Shown here: positions 12,300 to 25,275 of the stretch, piece after piece | How positions within the stretch are numbered: the stretch's first letter is position 1 | Layout of the letters: each line of letters starts with the position of its first letter | Source: Hydrurus foetidus | Taxonomy: Eukaryota | Reading direction: 5' to 3' | Assembly: GCA_900617105.1 (NCBI GenBank) | Contig: UYFQ01000101.1 | Location: forward strand, 1-38,632 | DNA length: 38,632 nucleotides | Position numbers and translations under genes: made by a program | The notes under the pieces: model-generated | What the model saw: only the letters and a program-made list of their open reading frames with translations | Told to the model about the DNA's origin: nothing | The model's database searches: none

Positions 12300-12726
12300 T
12301 TTTGCCTTATTGCATCTCTAGGGGGATACAATGCGTCTAGGTTAACTAGGTACAATAGGTACAATACGCCCAGATTCCAGTTTTAGGTCTTAGTTCCACA
12401 TAGATCTCCCGCCCTGTTAGGAGCCTGTACATCACCTATCCTTTAACTGTAACCTATAATCACAATGTTAACCCTCCTAACGACGTCTTCCCTTGTCCCA
12501 CACCTTTGCGCTCCAACCACCAAAACCTCCGAAACCTCCGTCCTCCGTCCTAGGCCCCGCTTCAGGCCATAATGGTTCAGAATATAGCTATTTGTGACTA
12601 AATATGACTTTGATTATTAACTAATACAGTTTTGTAATAACGATTCACCACGGAGTCTCGGAGACCTCTAGAGTATTCAAAAAAACAGAAAAAGTAATCC
12701 TCCAAATCAAATCCGTCACCACAACA
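12300..12726 (+). repeat. Putative 3' LTR of the Gypsy element (boundaries approximate)
   Basis: Starts right after the PPT (ttttg, possibly a degenerate TGTTG), with a candidate CAACA end at 12722-12726. No second copy in the window to confirm. Confidence 0.5.
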
Positions 12727-13440
12727 AACGGGAACCCGGAGGATTACTAAATTTTTCTATTTTGTACTCTGTATTCTGTCCAACCCCAAGGAATGACCTC
12801 AGTCGACGGAACAATTAAAAATATCTTTTAAAAGATCCCTCCAGCCACATAATTACAACTATACAAACTTTTCTACAATGAAGATATAACCGAGTCAGCA
12901 GAAAAAGAAAATTCCACAAAATGTGCCAGAAATTCTTTTTCGCCTGCGATTTCTTTCGCTCAGTCGGACATTTTCATCCAAAAAAAGAACTTTTTATGTC
13001 TTTTTTGGATACGTTAAAAAAGGAATGGCCTAAACATTGGGGAGCTAACGAAGGTTCAGTAAGTGCAATTATTTCCCAATAATTGTATAAAACAATTATT
13101 CTGAACAATCATTGCAATTATTGTGCCTTCAGCAATTAGTTGCAACTAATTGCAGAAAGATGCAATAATTGCAAGGTGAGATCAACTAATTGTAATGATT
13201 AATTTTGGTGATAAATAACATAGCAATTTAATTGCAATGTCTATTTTGATAGGCTTGGCCACAAGCTCTAATATTTGCCCTATTTTTCGGTATGCGAAGT
13301 ACCGAGTACGAGTTTTAAAAAATATTTTAAAATAACTGCTGCACACCTCTTACAGGCTTTCAGGTCTGCAAAGTTCAGGCTATTCTCCGAGGAACAGTCG
13401 AGTCCAACATTTGAGTCGGCTGGATAATATATGTTTTGAG

Positions 13441-16400
13441 ATGCAAAATTTACGGGACAGACAGATATCAGCTGTCGGGAAGATTCTGACACTTTCAGGC
13501 AACGGCTTAGGTTAGTAAACCTGAGAAGAGGAATGTTTTGAGCTCATTTGAACCGTTTCTTCGACATGCACACGGATAAGAACATCAATGCACTCTCCGT
13601 AGTCATCATCTTCGAATACCCTGAATCCGACCGATGGCTACACCATTTCTAAGAAGTGGTCATTGAGTAATGTAGTAGAATTGGGCATCTCATTTCCAAA
13701 TGAAAGAATTTGCTAGTGAAACAGTCCTCTATGTTAGTCGTCCGAACTGGTTGCTAATGTCATCTAAATTCATGTGTGCTTCTTGACAGGAGATTCGTCG
13801 GAAGAATTCACTGACACTTGGAAAGTTCTAGTCTACGATCAGGCATGCCGGGACATCATTTCACCGCTTATGAATATTGGCGCATTGAGGCAAAAAGGAG
13901 TAACTCTTCATATGCTTGTGAGTCAAACGTCTTGAGTAAACTGATAGTAATGCAAATCTCTGATTTAAATGCTTCAACTGAATTAGTGGAGCACTATTCA
14001 GACGACTCCGACTGACGGAAAGATGAATGATACTGACATTATCAGATGGCTGAACTTTCTTTCCTCTATCGTCTAAATTACATTTATTCGAGGATATGAC
14101 CTGTGTCGCGACTTTTGTGATACTCAGTATAAATCTTGATAACGATGGATTGAAAGATTTTCTGATGATCAAAGCGAACGCATTGTTTTCAGTTCTTGAT
14201 GAATGAGGAAATACTAGCTCTTCTGTCACACGATGATCATTCTAAATAGCACACTAATTCCATACTCTACGAATAACGTTTGATGGAAATCTTTCTTTTT
14301 ACTCCTATAATCTCTGGCCGTAATAATTGGAGGTCATGTTTTTCAATCACCGATATTCACTCTATGTTCAATGATAGCAATCATCATTATGCTCTATTTT
14401 TATATTGATTTATCATAGCTGCATACTGAGAGAGAGTCAGTGCAGGATGCGCCAGCCGTGTATTTTATTCGACCTACTCCGGAGAATGTCAGAAGAATCG
14501 CTGAGGATTGTGCGAAGCAAGTACGTGCGAAACACATCACAGTGCATCTGAAATTCTTGATGGCGATTTTTGACAAGTGATATCCAACTGCCTCTATACT
14601 ATTCTGTGCAATTTTGATGCTTGTGAATGGAAAATAGTATTCATACTCTGTGATCACAGCACAGCACTGGACTGCAGCCATGTACTCCCAATCTCTCCAA
14701 TAAATGTAACCCATACATTGCAGCTGTACAGAACATTCTACGTACACTTCGTGACTAGAGTAGAGCGCCCTCTGCTAGAACAACTCGCGCAGGAACTGCA
14801 ACTCAGCAGTTCTGTGTCTTGTGTGTCCAAGATATACGATCAGTACCTCGACTTGATCGCCCTCGAGCCGTCACTGTTCACGCTTAACATACCAGATTCA
14901 TTGATTTCGTATAATGATCCAACATTATCAGAAACTCAAATTAGGTAGGAATGTCCATGATATTGGCATTTATTCTGCACTTTTCTTCAATACGATGCTG
15001 CTGCCTGTATGTTCTTCACGGATGTCACTTTTCTGTGACTCATCACAAAATCTCTTCACGCCGCTAAAGTAGCTCTCACTAACTTCTCCCATTACTTCCC
15101 TCACCAAAATTGTCGGAATGTGATCTTCTATGGGTCCAAGATCCTTCATGGGCCGGGTGTCAACCGGTTTAGTGAGTATGGTGCGTGTCTTGGGAGCCCT
15201 CCCGATCATCAGGTCCGTCTTGATCTCAGCCGGAGAGAACACAACTTGCAAAACAAAGATACATTTTAGAGTTCATCTAGTCCTAAAATTACTCGCGCAC
15301 TATGCGTTTGGTTGGGGTAGTGTCGCATTGTTTGTACGACTCAGCGACCAGCATCGCTCTCAATTTATCGTCAGTGCCGCTACCCGCTGTGAGTCCCGTC
15401 ACACAACATACAACCATACTCAGAATTAGCTACATTATTTGTTCTAATGTGAACCGTACCTTTAATTGCATTCGCCGACATCACGACCCTACAATTACAC
15501 CACATCACACCACACCACATTTAGCAAAATAAACAGAATCACACAATCCCATCTGTCCCATCTTCACCACACGTCACTAACCACCATCACCATCACTACA
15601 CCTCAGAGCACCTTCAGGTGGTGCCGCTGAGATGCTCGCCCAAGACCTGTGCACTGCGCTGCGAGAGAATCTTTCCCCCAGGGGGGCGGCTCAGGCCCTA
15701 TTCGCTGTAAGTACTGCTCTCAGGACGGGACGTACGACACCGTACTGTGTACTGTGTTTGTAAATCATCAGAATCAGAACGGCTATTGAGAGTTTTATCT
15801 GTTGAAGAAATATTTGTCACACATGCATATTTATGGGGTATAGCCGCTCCGATTCACGGACGATGCGCATCTGTACGCCCTCTCTCTCTGTCAATTCACC
15901 TCCTTATTCATTTCCATTCCCTCTCCTCGCTGTTCTACTACATAGGACTGCCTCGTATCTGACCGACCCCGCCCTCTGCTCCTCATATTCGACCGCTCAG
16001 CAGACATGATTCCTCCCCTCATGCACACTTCTTCGTATCAGGTATCTTGCTTCGCACACATTACAGAACGATATGATCAAAGGGCCCTGTAGCTGTGTGT
16101 GGTATTGCGTGGTGATTTCCTTCATATTCTGTGGAGATTTAGCATCTTTTGATGTATGCTAAGATAGATCTCTTGCTCTGTTAAGTCTGAGAAGAGAGCC
16201 GGTTCATACCGTACTTGCAACAATGAATCAAGTGGTACCGTTCTTAGCACACAATTGCATGCATTCTCACATATTGTTATGTTCGTGCCCTACGCCTCTG
16301 CCCCTCCCTCACCCTCACCCCCCTGTCTCTTCATCCCGCACACTACACAACACTGTACTGCTGTGTTTGCAGGCTTTGATAGACGACTTGCTGGACCACC

Positions 16401-18595
16401 GGCTGAACCGTGTTACGGTAGACCTTCCCTCTAAAGACGGTAAACAAATCCCATCTTCCCTTGTATCTCTGTTATGTCGTATATACTTTATACTTCTCAT
16501 CTGACTAGCCTGCTTTCATCCATGCCCTTCACCTCTCTCTATTTTTCTTTCCTTTGGAAGTTCTGTTCTGACCCAGTATTGCTCTGCATTAATTTCCTCA
16601 CTTCGTTCATATCAGTCCTTCTTTGCCTCACATTTCCTTCCTCACACTATCCTCACTGATCGCCTTCTCCTTATCGCCCCTTCACCTCACGATCTCGTCT
16701 ATTAAAGCTGCGGGAAAGAAGAAAACGTACGATTTGAACACACAGACAGATCTGTTCTTCGGACGATACGCAGGGTCTCCTTTCCCTGAGGCTGTCGAAG
16801 CCAATGAGAAGGAACTCGCTGAGGTGTGTGTTGCATGAATTGATTGCTGCTCTTAGTTCTCATCCTCTGGAATACTATTCCCTTCTATCAAGTGCATGCG
16901 CTACATCCATTTCTCTTCAATTGCATCAATTGATATCATCTCCTCTTCCCCTTTGTCTCCCTCCACTCATCTCTTCCCCATCCCCTCCTCATCCCTTCCC
17001 TCATCCCATCCCATCCCTCCAACCTTCTCAGGTATCCCAGCGAGAAGCTGAGATCCGGTCCAAGCCTCTCAGTGCCGCATCCTTCCCCACTGACGCTCCT
17101 ACCCACTCCTCTAGCGGCAGAGACCTAAGCAGCGCCATTGAAAGTCTGCCAGAAATAATGGCGAAAAAAGCTAACTTGGAAGCACACACTAACATTTTGC
17201 AGGTGGAGAGAAGTGTAACCATGTTTTGCTATTTTGTGACGTACTACCGTACATATTATTCTTTTTAATAGAGAAGTCACACAATGTTATCCGAAGTGGG
17301 TGCTGTATATTTACTTCACTGTAGAGTATTTGAAGAACTAGAAGTTTTGTTGCCAAGTGTGATGTGACGTACGACAGCATCATTCACTGGTCGGTCTGGT
17401 CCGGTCCCGGTCCCTTTAGGGCCCCATTAAAGGCTCCAACATACCACATTGTGTCGCATCATATGACAATACATTAAATGTGCAACGAGAGGAGAAGAGT
17501 GTGTTGTGCTCTCATCTCATTTCCTACCACGGATGGGGGGGGGAAGATGTGCAATGCTTGATCTTGACAAATAACTCAACTCCTCTACTCTAAATAGTGC
17601 GTCTCAGTACACAATTTTAATTCTCTTTCCATCTTGAATTGCATCTAAATCAGGCGGTCATGCACCACATAGCAGCTAGAGAGGTCCCCACATATTTCGA
17701 GGTGGAGAGCAGAGTACCACACCCACTGTTACCTCTACTCACCACTCACCACCTTCTCTTGTTCACCGTCACTTTTCCGTACCATGTGCTAGTGCAAACC
17801 AGTAAAGTCTATCAGAATATTAACTACGATTACATTGTGGTTATTTGAATTAAGTTTTTTATTCCCCGTGTTTGTCTTATCAGATTGAGCAGGGCATGCT
17901 TGCAGCTGGGCGAATCCATGACAGACCTGCCCTCCTCGGTAAGAAATCTAACTTTTCCTCTCTTCTCTTCTTCTCTTTACCTCACACCACTTCCCTACCC
18001 CCCTACCCCCTCCCTTCTCAGCGATACTTCGAGACGGATCAAAGGGGACCCTTCCCGACAAAGCTCGCTTGCTAGCCCTCGCAGCTGTCACAGACGGATC
18101 AAGCGGCACAGCAACGAAGGCTTCGATAGAGGAAATGGACCAGGTGCCCATCCCGCCCCTCCCCCCTTGTTTCCCTCTTCCTATTCTCTCTATAAAACGT
18201 GACACTTCAGTGCAATTTAATTGTGTGGTATGCATCTCTTCTCTCTGCTCTGTCTCTATGATACGAACCCATTGCTCCCTTCCTACCTTCCTTGTTTTCG
18301 AATGCATTTAATATGATGATGTGAGGGTATCAGTGTGCTTAAGAGGATGCTACCCGATGCATCGCGTCACAGTGTAACGAACACTGTGAAATCACAACGC
18401 ATCGCACTACATCAAATGATCTCACATGTCTGATACATCGAGAAACGTCGCGTCATATCTCATGCCTAAAACCAACTGACAGTGTTTATGTGTACGTACT
18501 GTACGCGCAGGCATTCGTTACGGGTTGCGGCACCATGGCCAGTCCCCCTCTCAAAGAAGCGATAGACAAGGTGATGTGTGCGTTTATTTTGATGC

Positions 18596-18642
<47 letters not shown>

Positions 18643-21116
18643 CAGACTGTGTTTTTAGTCTATATTTCTACTCTGTTTGACTTCCTCTATTTGGACGTCT
18701 TCTCCTTCTGTGAGAGATCAGTCTCAAGGTGTCTGCCAGCACGACATTAACGAACAGCATCCTACAGTTGCCTCTGTGTTAACAGTCCTTCATCTTCACT
18801 TTTTCTTCGTATTTGTCCCATGCACGTCTCACCAATTCAAATTAACTCCGCTATGTTCAACTACAGCGTTGAATTGAATTTGGTGTTCTTGTTGATTGTG
18901 AGCTACACCTGTGTTCACCATCTCGCATATGGCGACACATAATAATTGTAACTGACATCAAATTCAAGCAGATTAAAGCTTGGAATCGTCATTCTGATTT
19001 TTTTCTGGCTAGTCAGATAGTTTGATTAATCCTAATCACCATCTTATCTGACCGAATAATTAATCGAACACTTCGCATCTTAGGAAGTAACGTTTCTCAT
19101 CATTAAGCGATTGTATAAAATTTAAGTGATAATGTAAATCATTTTTCTCAGCACTTTATATTAATCCCAATGAGATAGCTCTTTTGTCAATCACGTTTCG
19201 TCTTCCTTTTTCTTTTTTTTATATGCATACATATATAGTCTCTGGCAGCTGTGACTTTTGTGAGGCGCATGCAGGCTCTTCAGTCTCCCGCCAACATGTC
19301 CAAGACAGGAGGGGGAGGAAAATCAGGAGGTACGGTACACACGGTATAACTAAAAAGTTATTTCATATGTTCAACAAGACAGTCAGTGATATCTGCTCCC
19401 TGTTTATGCTAAATTTAACTCTAACTTCTTTTCTTCTGCATATGCTATGCTTTACTATGTTTTACCTTGCTTCTCTTTGCTTTACTCTACTTTACTTCAC
19501 TTAATTTTACTTTTTCTTACGTCAGGAACGACACAAGGAAGTCAGTTTCTCTCCTCCATCCTCACGTCAGCTCAGAGCAAAGCATCTTCCTTGATGGCGA
19601 AAGCAGCTTCTTTCTTCACCAAGTACGTACTTCATTCTTCAACAATATTTCTAGATCCTTTTTTTCATTTCTCTTCTGAAAATCCAGTACGATAGTTTCA
19701 TGCTTCCGAAAGTGATGATCACTTTTTTTGTTAACAATTTCGTTTCTCCTTGCGCACCATATTCCTTTTGTGGTAAGCAGCACGATACAGCGCGCATGCA
19801 TCCGAACTCTTCTATCCAGTCTTTATCCCATCAACGTATCGCATTCTACTCAGCATATTATGACTCTATAACGCTTCATTCTTGTACTTACCGGCTGTGC
19901 TTGGAAACAGTACTTACACTCAAACCGTATTTGTGTCCGTGCGTACAGGTTTTCCCCTGTGTACGTGTCACGAGTAGTTGATCTCCTTTCAGAGGCGAAA
20001 GCTTGTCCAGGTGCGTGAGAGAGTGTATGTGTGAGAGTGAGTAAGTGTGAGTGAGTGAGTGAATTAAAAGGCATCACATTGTATGGGGACAAGGGAGTGG
20101 AAGAGGGAGTGGGGGATGCTGGAGTGCTCTGATTTAGACAAATCATTGATTTGCTAGTATGACATTTATCAGAAAGAGGGGATGAAGTGAAGCAACTAAT
20201 TGAATTGAATTGAATTGAATTACGTTTGATTAGTTAAGACCAGCTATTATTACCTAATACGTCACTGTGTCAAAGTGAGTCTACGATCTTTGCCGAATGA
20301 TCTACGTCAGATCCAATCTAACTTGAAGCTTCTTCCGTCCTCCTTTTCTCAGACTAAAATCCTACATACTTTCCATCTCCCTCCATCGATCTATTTCCTA
20401 CATAATCATCACCATTTACAACATAATCTCACCGAGTTACCCGTCACTGTTGTTTCACTTGACAAATAGAGGGGGACTCTTTCTGTGTTCTTGATCCTCG
20501 TGCCCGGCCCGGTGACAAAGAAACGGCAGACCTAAAAGGACAAAAGTGCGTCACTCTCTTCTTTAAAATTTTTCTTTTAGAGCCTTTTAAGGAGCACTAC
20601 ACTTGATGACTAGCTTTCAAAGCATTCCATTTACTCATTTTATGTTGAATAGTATTATCTGGTATCTACTACTTCCAATTTATTCGATTTTTCCGTGTGT
20701 ATAACTGCAGATACCAGGATGTGATTGTTTTCATTGTGGGAGGCGGCTGCTACTCCGAATACTACAACTTGCAAGTAAGAAAAAAGAAACGAAGAGGAGC
20801 AATGAGGGGTTGAGGGTGACACCGTTCGTTGGTCAATATCATCGTGTTATGTGATCTGCGCTTGTCTCCCGCTTGATGATATTCCAGTGCTTTCCTTCTC
20901 CATAACATGTCAAACAACACTGATTATTCATCGGAACCTCCTCCACAAATACCTCCTCTTTTCCGCTTTTTGGACATCCAGGACTTGTTGAAGCAGAAGC
21001 AAAGCGGAGGGGGTGGGGCGCTCAGGAACATTATATACGGATGTTCCGAACTGCTCTCCGGTGACGACTTTTTAACACAGCTGGAGAGACTAGGGGCCAC
21101 GTCAGCTGCCAAGTGA
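13441..21116 (+). CDS. SLY1: Sec1/Munc18-family vesicle trafficking protein Sly1/SCFD1, 20 exons, ~650 aa
   Basis: Hand-spliced GT-AG exons: 13441-13510, 13790-13917, 14419-14520, 14724-14944, 15141-15212, 15607-15706, 15946-16041, 16373-16439, 16708-16823, 17032-17202, 17654-17701, 17884-17938, 18022-18143, 18511-18570, 19239-19329, 19526-19622, 19949-20010, 20470-20545, 20711-20774, 20982-21116 (1953 nt, phases consistent). Sly1 motifs: MQNLRDRQ, WKVLVYD..CRDIISPL, GVTLHML, PAVYFIRPT.EN, RPLLLIFDR, GSPFPEA, SLPEIMAKK, VIVFIVGGGCYSEY.NL, IIYGCSELL. Confidence 0.95.
18602..18637. repeat. (AG)n microsatellite in a SLY1 intron
   Basis: About 18 AG units, directly visible. Confidence 0.95.
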
Positions 21117-21460
21117 TGCCACTTGGATAGTCACACTAAAAACAGCGAAATGTGTTACGTAGAGCTGACTAGGACTTGCTGCTTTTCTTAGCTGTCAATA
21201 GCTTTGCCTAGTGGCAGTTGACTGTTCGTCTGTCCTATGTACAGCCTTAAACGGATTTCTCATTCCGAATTCACCGAAGAAGAAATAGTCAAAATGTTGC
21301 TTTAATTACATTATTACTTCAGTATGTATATTCTCAAGCTTACCCCGTATTTTCAAATAATAGATATCACATCAATATAAAACAACTTCATATTCTCATG
21401 CAACCTTGGCAAATATTTGCTGAAGAAAGCAGGAAAGTTTTGCTAATTTCACTCCAAAAG

Positions 21461-22296
21461 TTACTTATCCAAGATCAAAAATTGAAGAATAGAGAGGCAT
21501 AGAACAAAAACAGAAATTCTAAGTGTTGGCCCCTTTTTTTCTTTAACTACATCGCGCCAACCCCCTATCAGGCCTCTCACCTTAGTGTTATCATAAGGGC
21601 TGGATGCGCTCTCAGAACTAGCGTGGAGGAGTAGCGTCCCTACAATATCTTTTACATTCGCCATGGCACCCATACCAGTATCATTACAAGCGAGAGTTTT
21701 ACTTATGGGAGAGATTATGTGCCATCCAGATATTCTTAACGCATCTAACGTGACCTCTGTACAGAAAAAGAGGATGTCATGGTCGTTCAATTATACCTAA
21801 ATCAAATCTTAATTATATTGATTTGAAGTAATTCCTTACCTGTCACATGCTGATTCCACATTACAGTATTCATGGCTGGGCACAAAAGGCATGGTTTTGA
21901 AATGTTCCATGCACGAACGACACAAAGTAGAAGGGAATCAGCAATTCCGGCATGAATCTTCGCTATAATATCAGCAGATGCTGGTGCAACTACAAGGATA
22001 TGAGCCCATTTTGATAACTCCACGTGCAATACAGGATCCCCAATTGCTGACCATAGACGCCACTCATCGTCATCTGTGAATACAAGAGACATTCCTCCAC
22101 AGCTTTCGAACTGACTCCACACATAGGGGTTGTACTTCGCAGAATTTCTTAAAAAATGCAACGAAGCTTCTGAGCAAACGATCCTGAAATCGATAGAGTC
22201 ATCCGCCGACAACTCTACACAAATTTCGGGGATTTTCAGTGCTGCCACCGAGCCAGATGCACAAATTAGCACATTTATCTTGGCCATTCTATCCAT
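21461..22296 (-). CDS. PPCDC: Phosphopantothenoylcysteine decarboxylase (HAL3/CoaC-like flavoprotein), 2 exons, ~250 aa
   Basis: Exons 22296-21840 and 21756-21461 (GT-AG, phase 1); the start could instead be 22287. HFCD flavoprotein motifs: NVLICASGSVAALK, DEW..W...GDPVLHVELSKWA, PAMNTVMW, and LACNDTGMGAMA (catalytic Cys loop). Confidence 0.92.
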
Positions 22297-22850
22297 GAGT
22301 ATCGATCGTTCAGAATGAGAACGAAACTTAGAGATGGGTAATCTAAAGGGCATACATTTCCAATTTACTGGCTGTTCGCGCGACACTGTTTCGTCAGCTT
22401 CAATGTCCAAAGATGAGTTTCTGGCAGGTTGATAATTGACAGTGAGAGAGAGGAAGATTGAGGATCGAGTATCGAGATCGATCCGATCCGAGATGTCCAA
22501 GAGGTTTCATCAAAATCTGGCAGCCGTATTTTCGACATCGTTTCCCGTTTACCGTTCACTTTCCGCGTGCAAAATTATTCCTCAACAAACACTTCGTGTG
22601 TGTTTCTGTGTGTGTTTCTCCCAAAGCATAACATTCCGACGGAAACTTCAATTATCTTCGTTACTGAACATTGAAAATATCAATCCTTCATCGCACTACA
22701 AATTCATTTCGAGAACAGAAGACACAGTGAAGCATCTCCAGCGCAGCTAGATTGTCCTCTCCCACCGCCGCAACCTCGCGCCTTCAACCGTTCTCCGCGA
22801 ACAGGAATTTTCCGATCAACTTAATCTTTATACAGATCACTCTTTGAATC

Positions 22851-24559
<1,709 letters not shown>

Positions 24560-25275
24560 GAACCTTCGTCCATCAGATTGCGCCTCCACGATATTTGTTC
24601 CCTTCAAAACGCATACTATTCCAAAATCTAGAGAATGTTCCTCCAATGAATCTTGAGCACAGTGTAGATAATACTCATTCATCACACTCCTGTGAAACTG
24701 AAAATACCCGTGATCTTACTCCGTAAGTTGTCAAACCCTACACCTCAGCCAGATATATCCCACTGTAGCCACTTTCCCGTCAGTTTTCCACAATCATGTG
24801 CATCACACGGCCTTCAGCAATTTACGTCGCGTCAGTCGCAGGACAAAGCGATAATCTGAAGTTACTCCGGCGCATCTTCTCTCTCAATTTCTGTCCCCAT
24901 ACCACATATCAACGGCACATTTCTCTACCAACATTACTTCCTCAACTATGTAGTCTCGACATCATGTTAACATTACTTTAAAAAGTAAGAAAATTCAGAC
25001 TCGATAAAACTGTTCCCGCCGTATCACTTCTGTCCTTCTCATCCTTCACACTTCCTAATCAGATGATGTGGTCGAGTGCAGTTACGCTGAGTTATATTAA
25101 TCTCTAAAGAAAGTACAGACTGAATTCAAAGGCGTCCTTTAAGCACACACTCAGCCCAACCTTGAAACATATTGAAATTAAAGCGTATGAGGTCGGTGTC
25201 AATACAGAGATATGTCTTGAAGTGCTGCAAGTTAGGAGCTGCGTTGAAGTCGATCTGACAGATGGTCACTATCTA

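Larger units (their letters stand above)
8668..12726 (+). mobile_element. Ty3/Gypsy chromovirus-type LTR retrotransposon, 5'-truncated (no gag or 5' LTR visible) and decayed
   Basis: Domain order PR-RT-RNaseH-IN-chromodomain, followed by a polypurine tract and an LTR-like region. Right boundary uncertain (12726, or up to ~12865). Confidence 0.93.

Noticed and set aside
13280..14229. Minus-strand ORFs 13280-13492 and 13861-14229
   Set aside because: They are antisense to SLY1 exons 1-2 and flanking introns, with no recognisable motifs.
14400..21112. Many short ORFs on both strands in the ORF track
   Set aside because: Explained as SLY1 exon/intron read-through or antisense noise.
22297..22500. 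N-terminal extension of PPCDC from the ORF-track start at 22500
   Set aside because: The start codon is non-ATG and there is no homology-like signal. The conserved core begins at MAKINVLICASGS.
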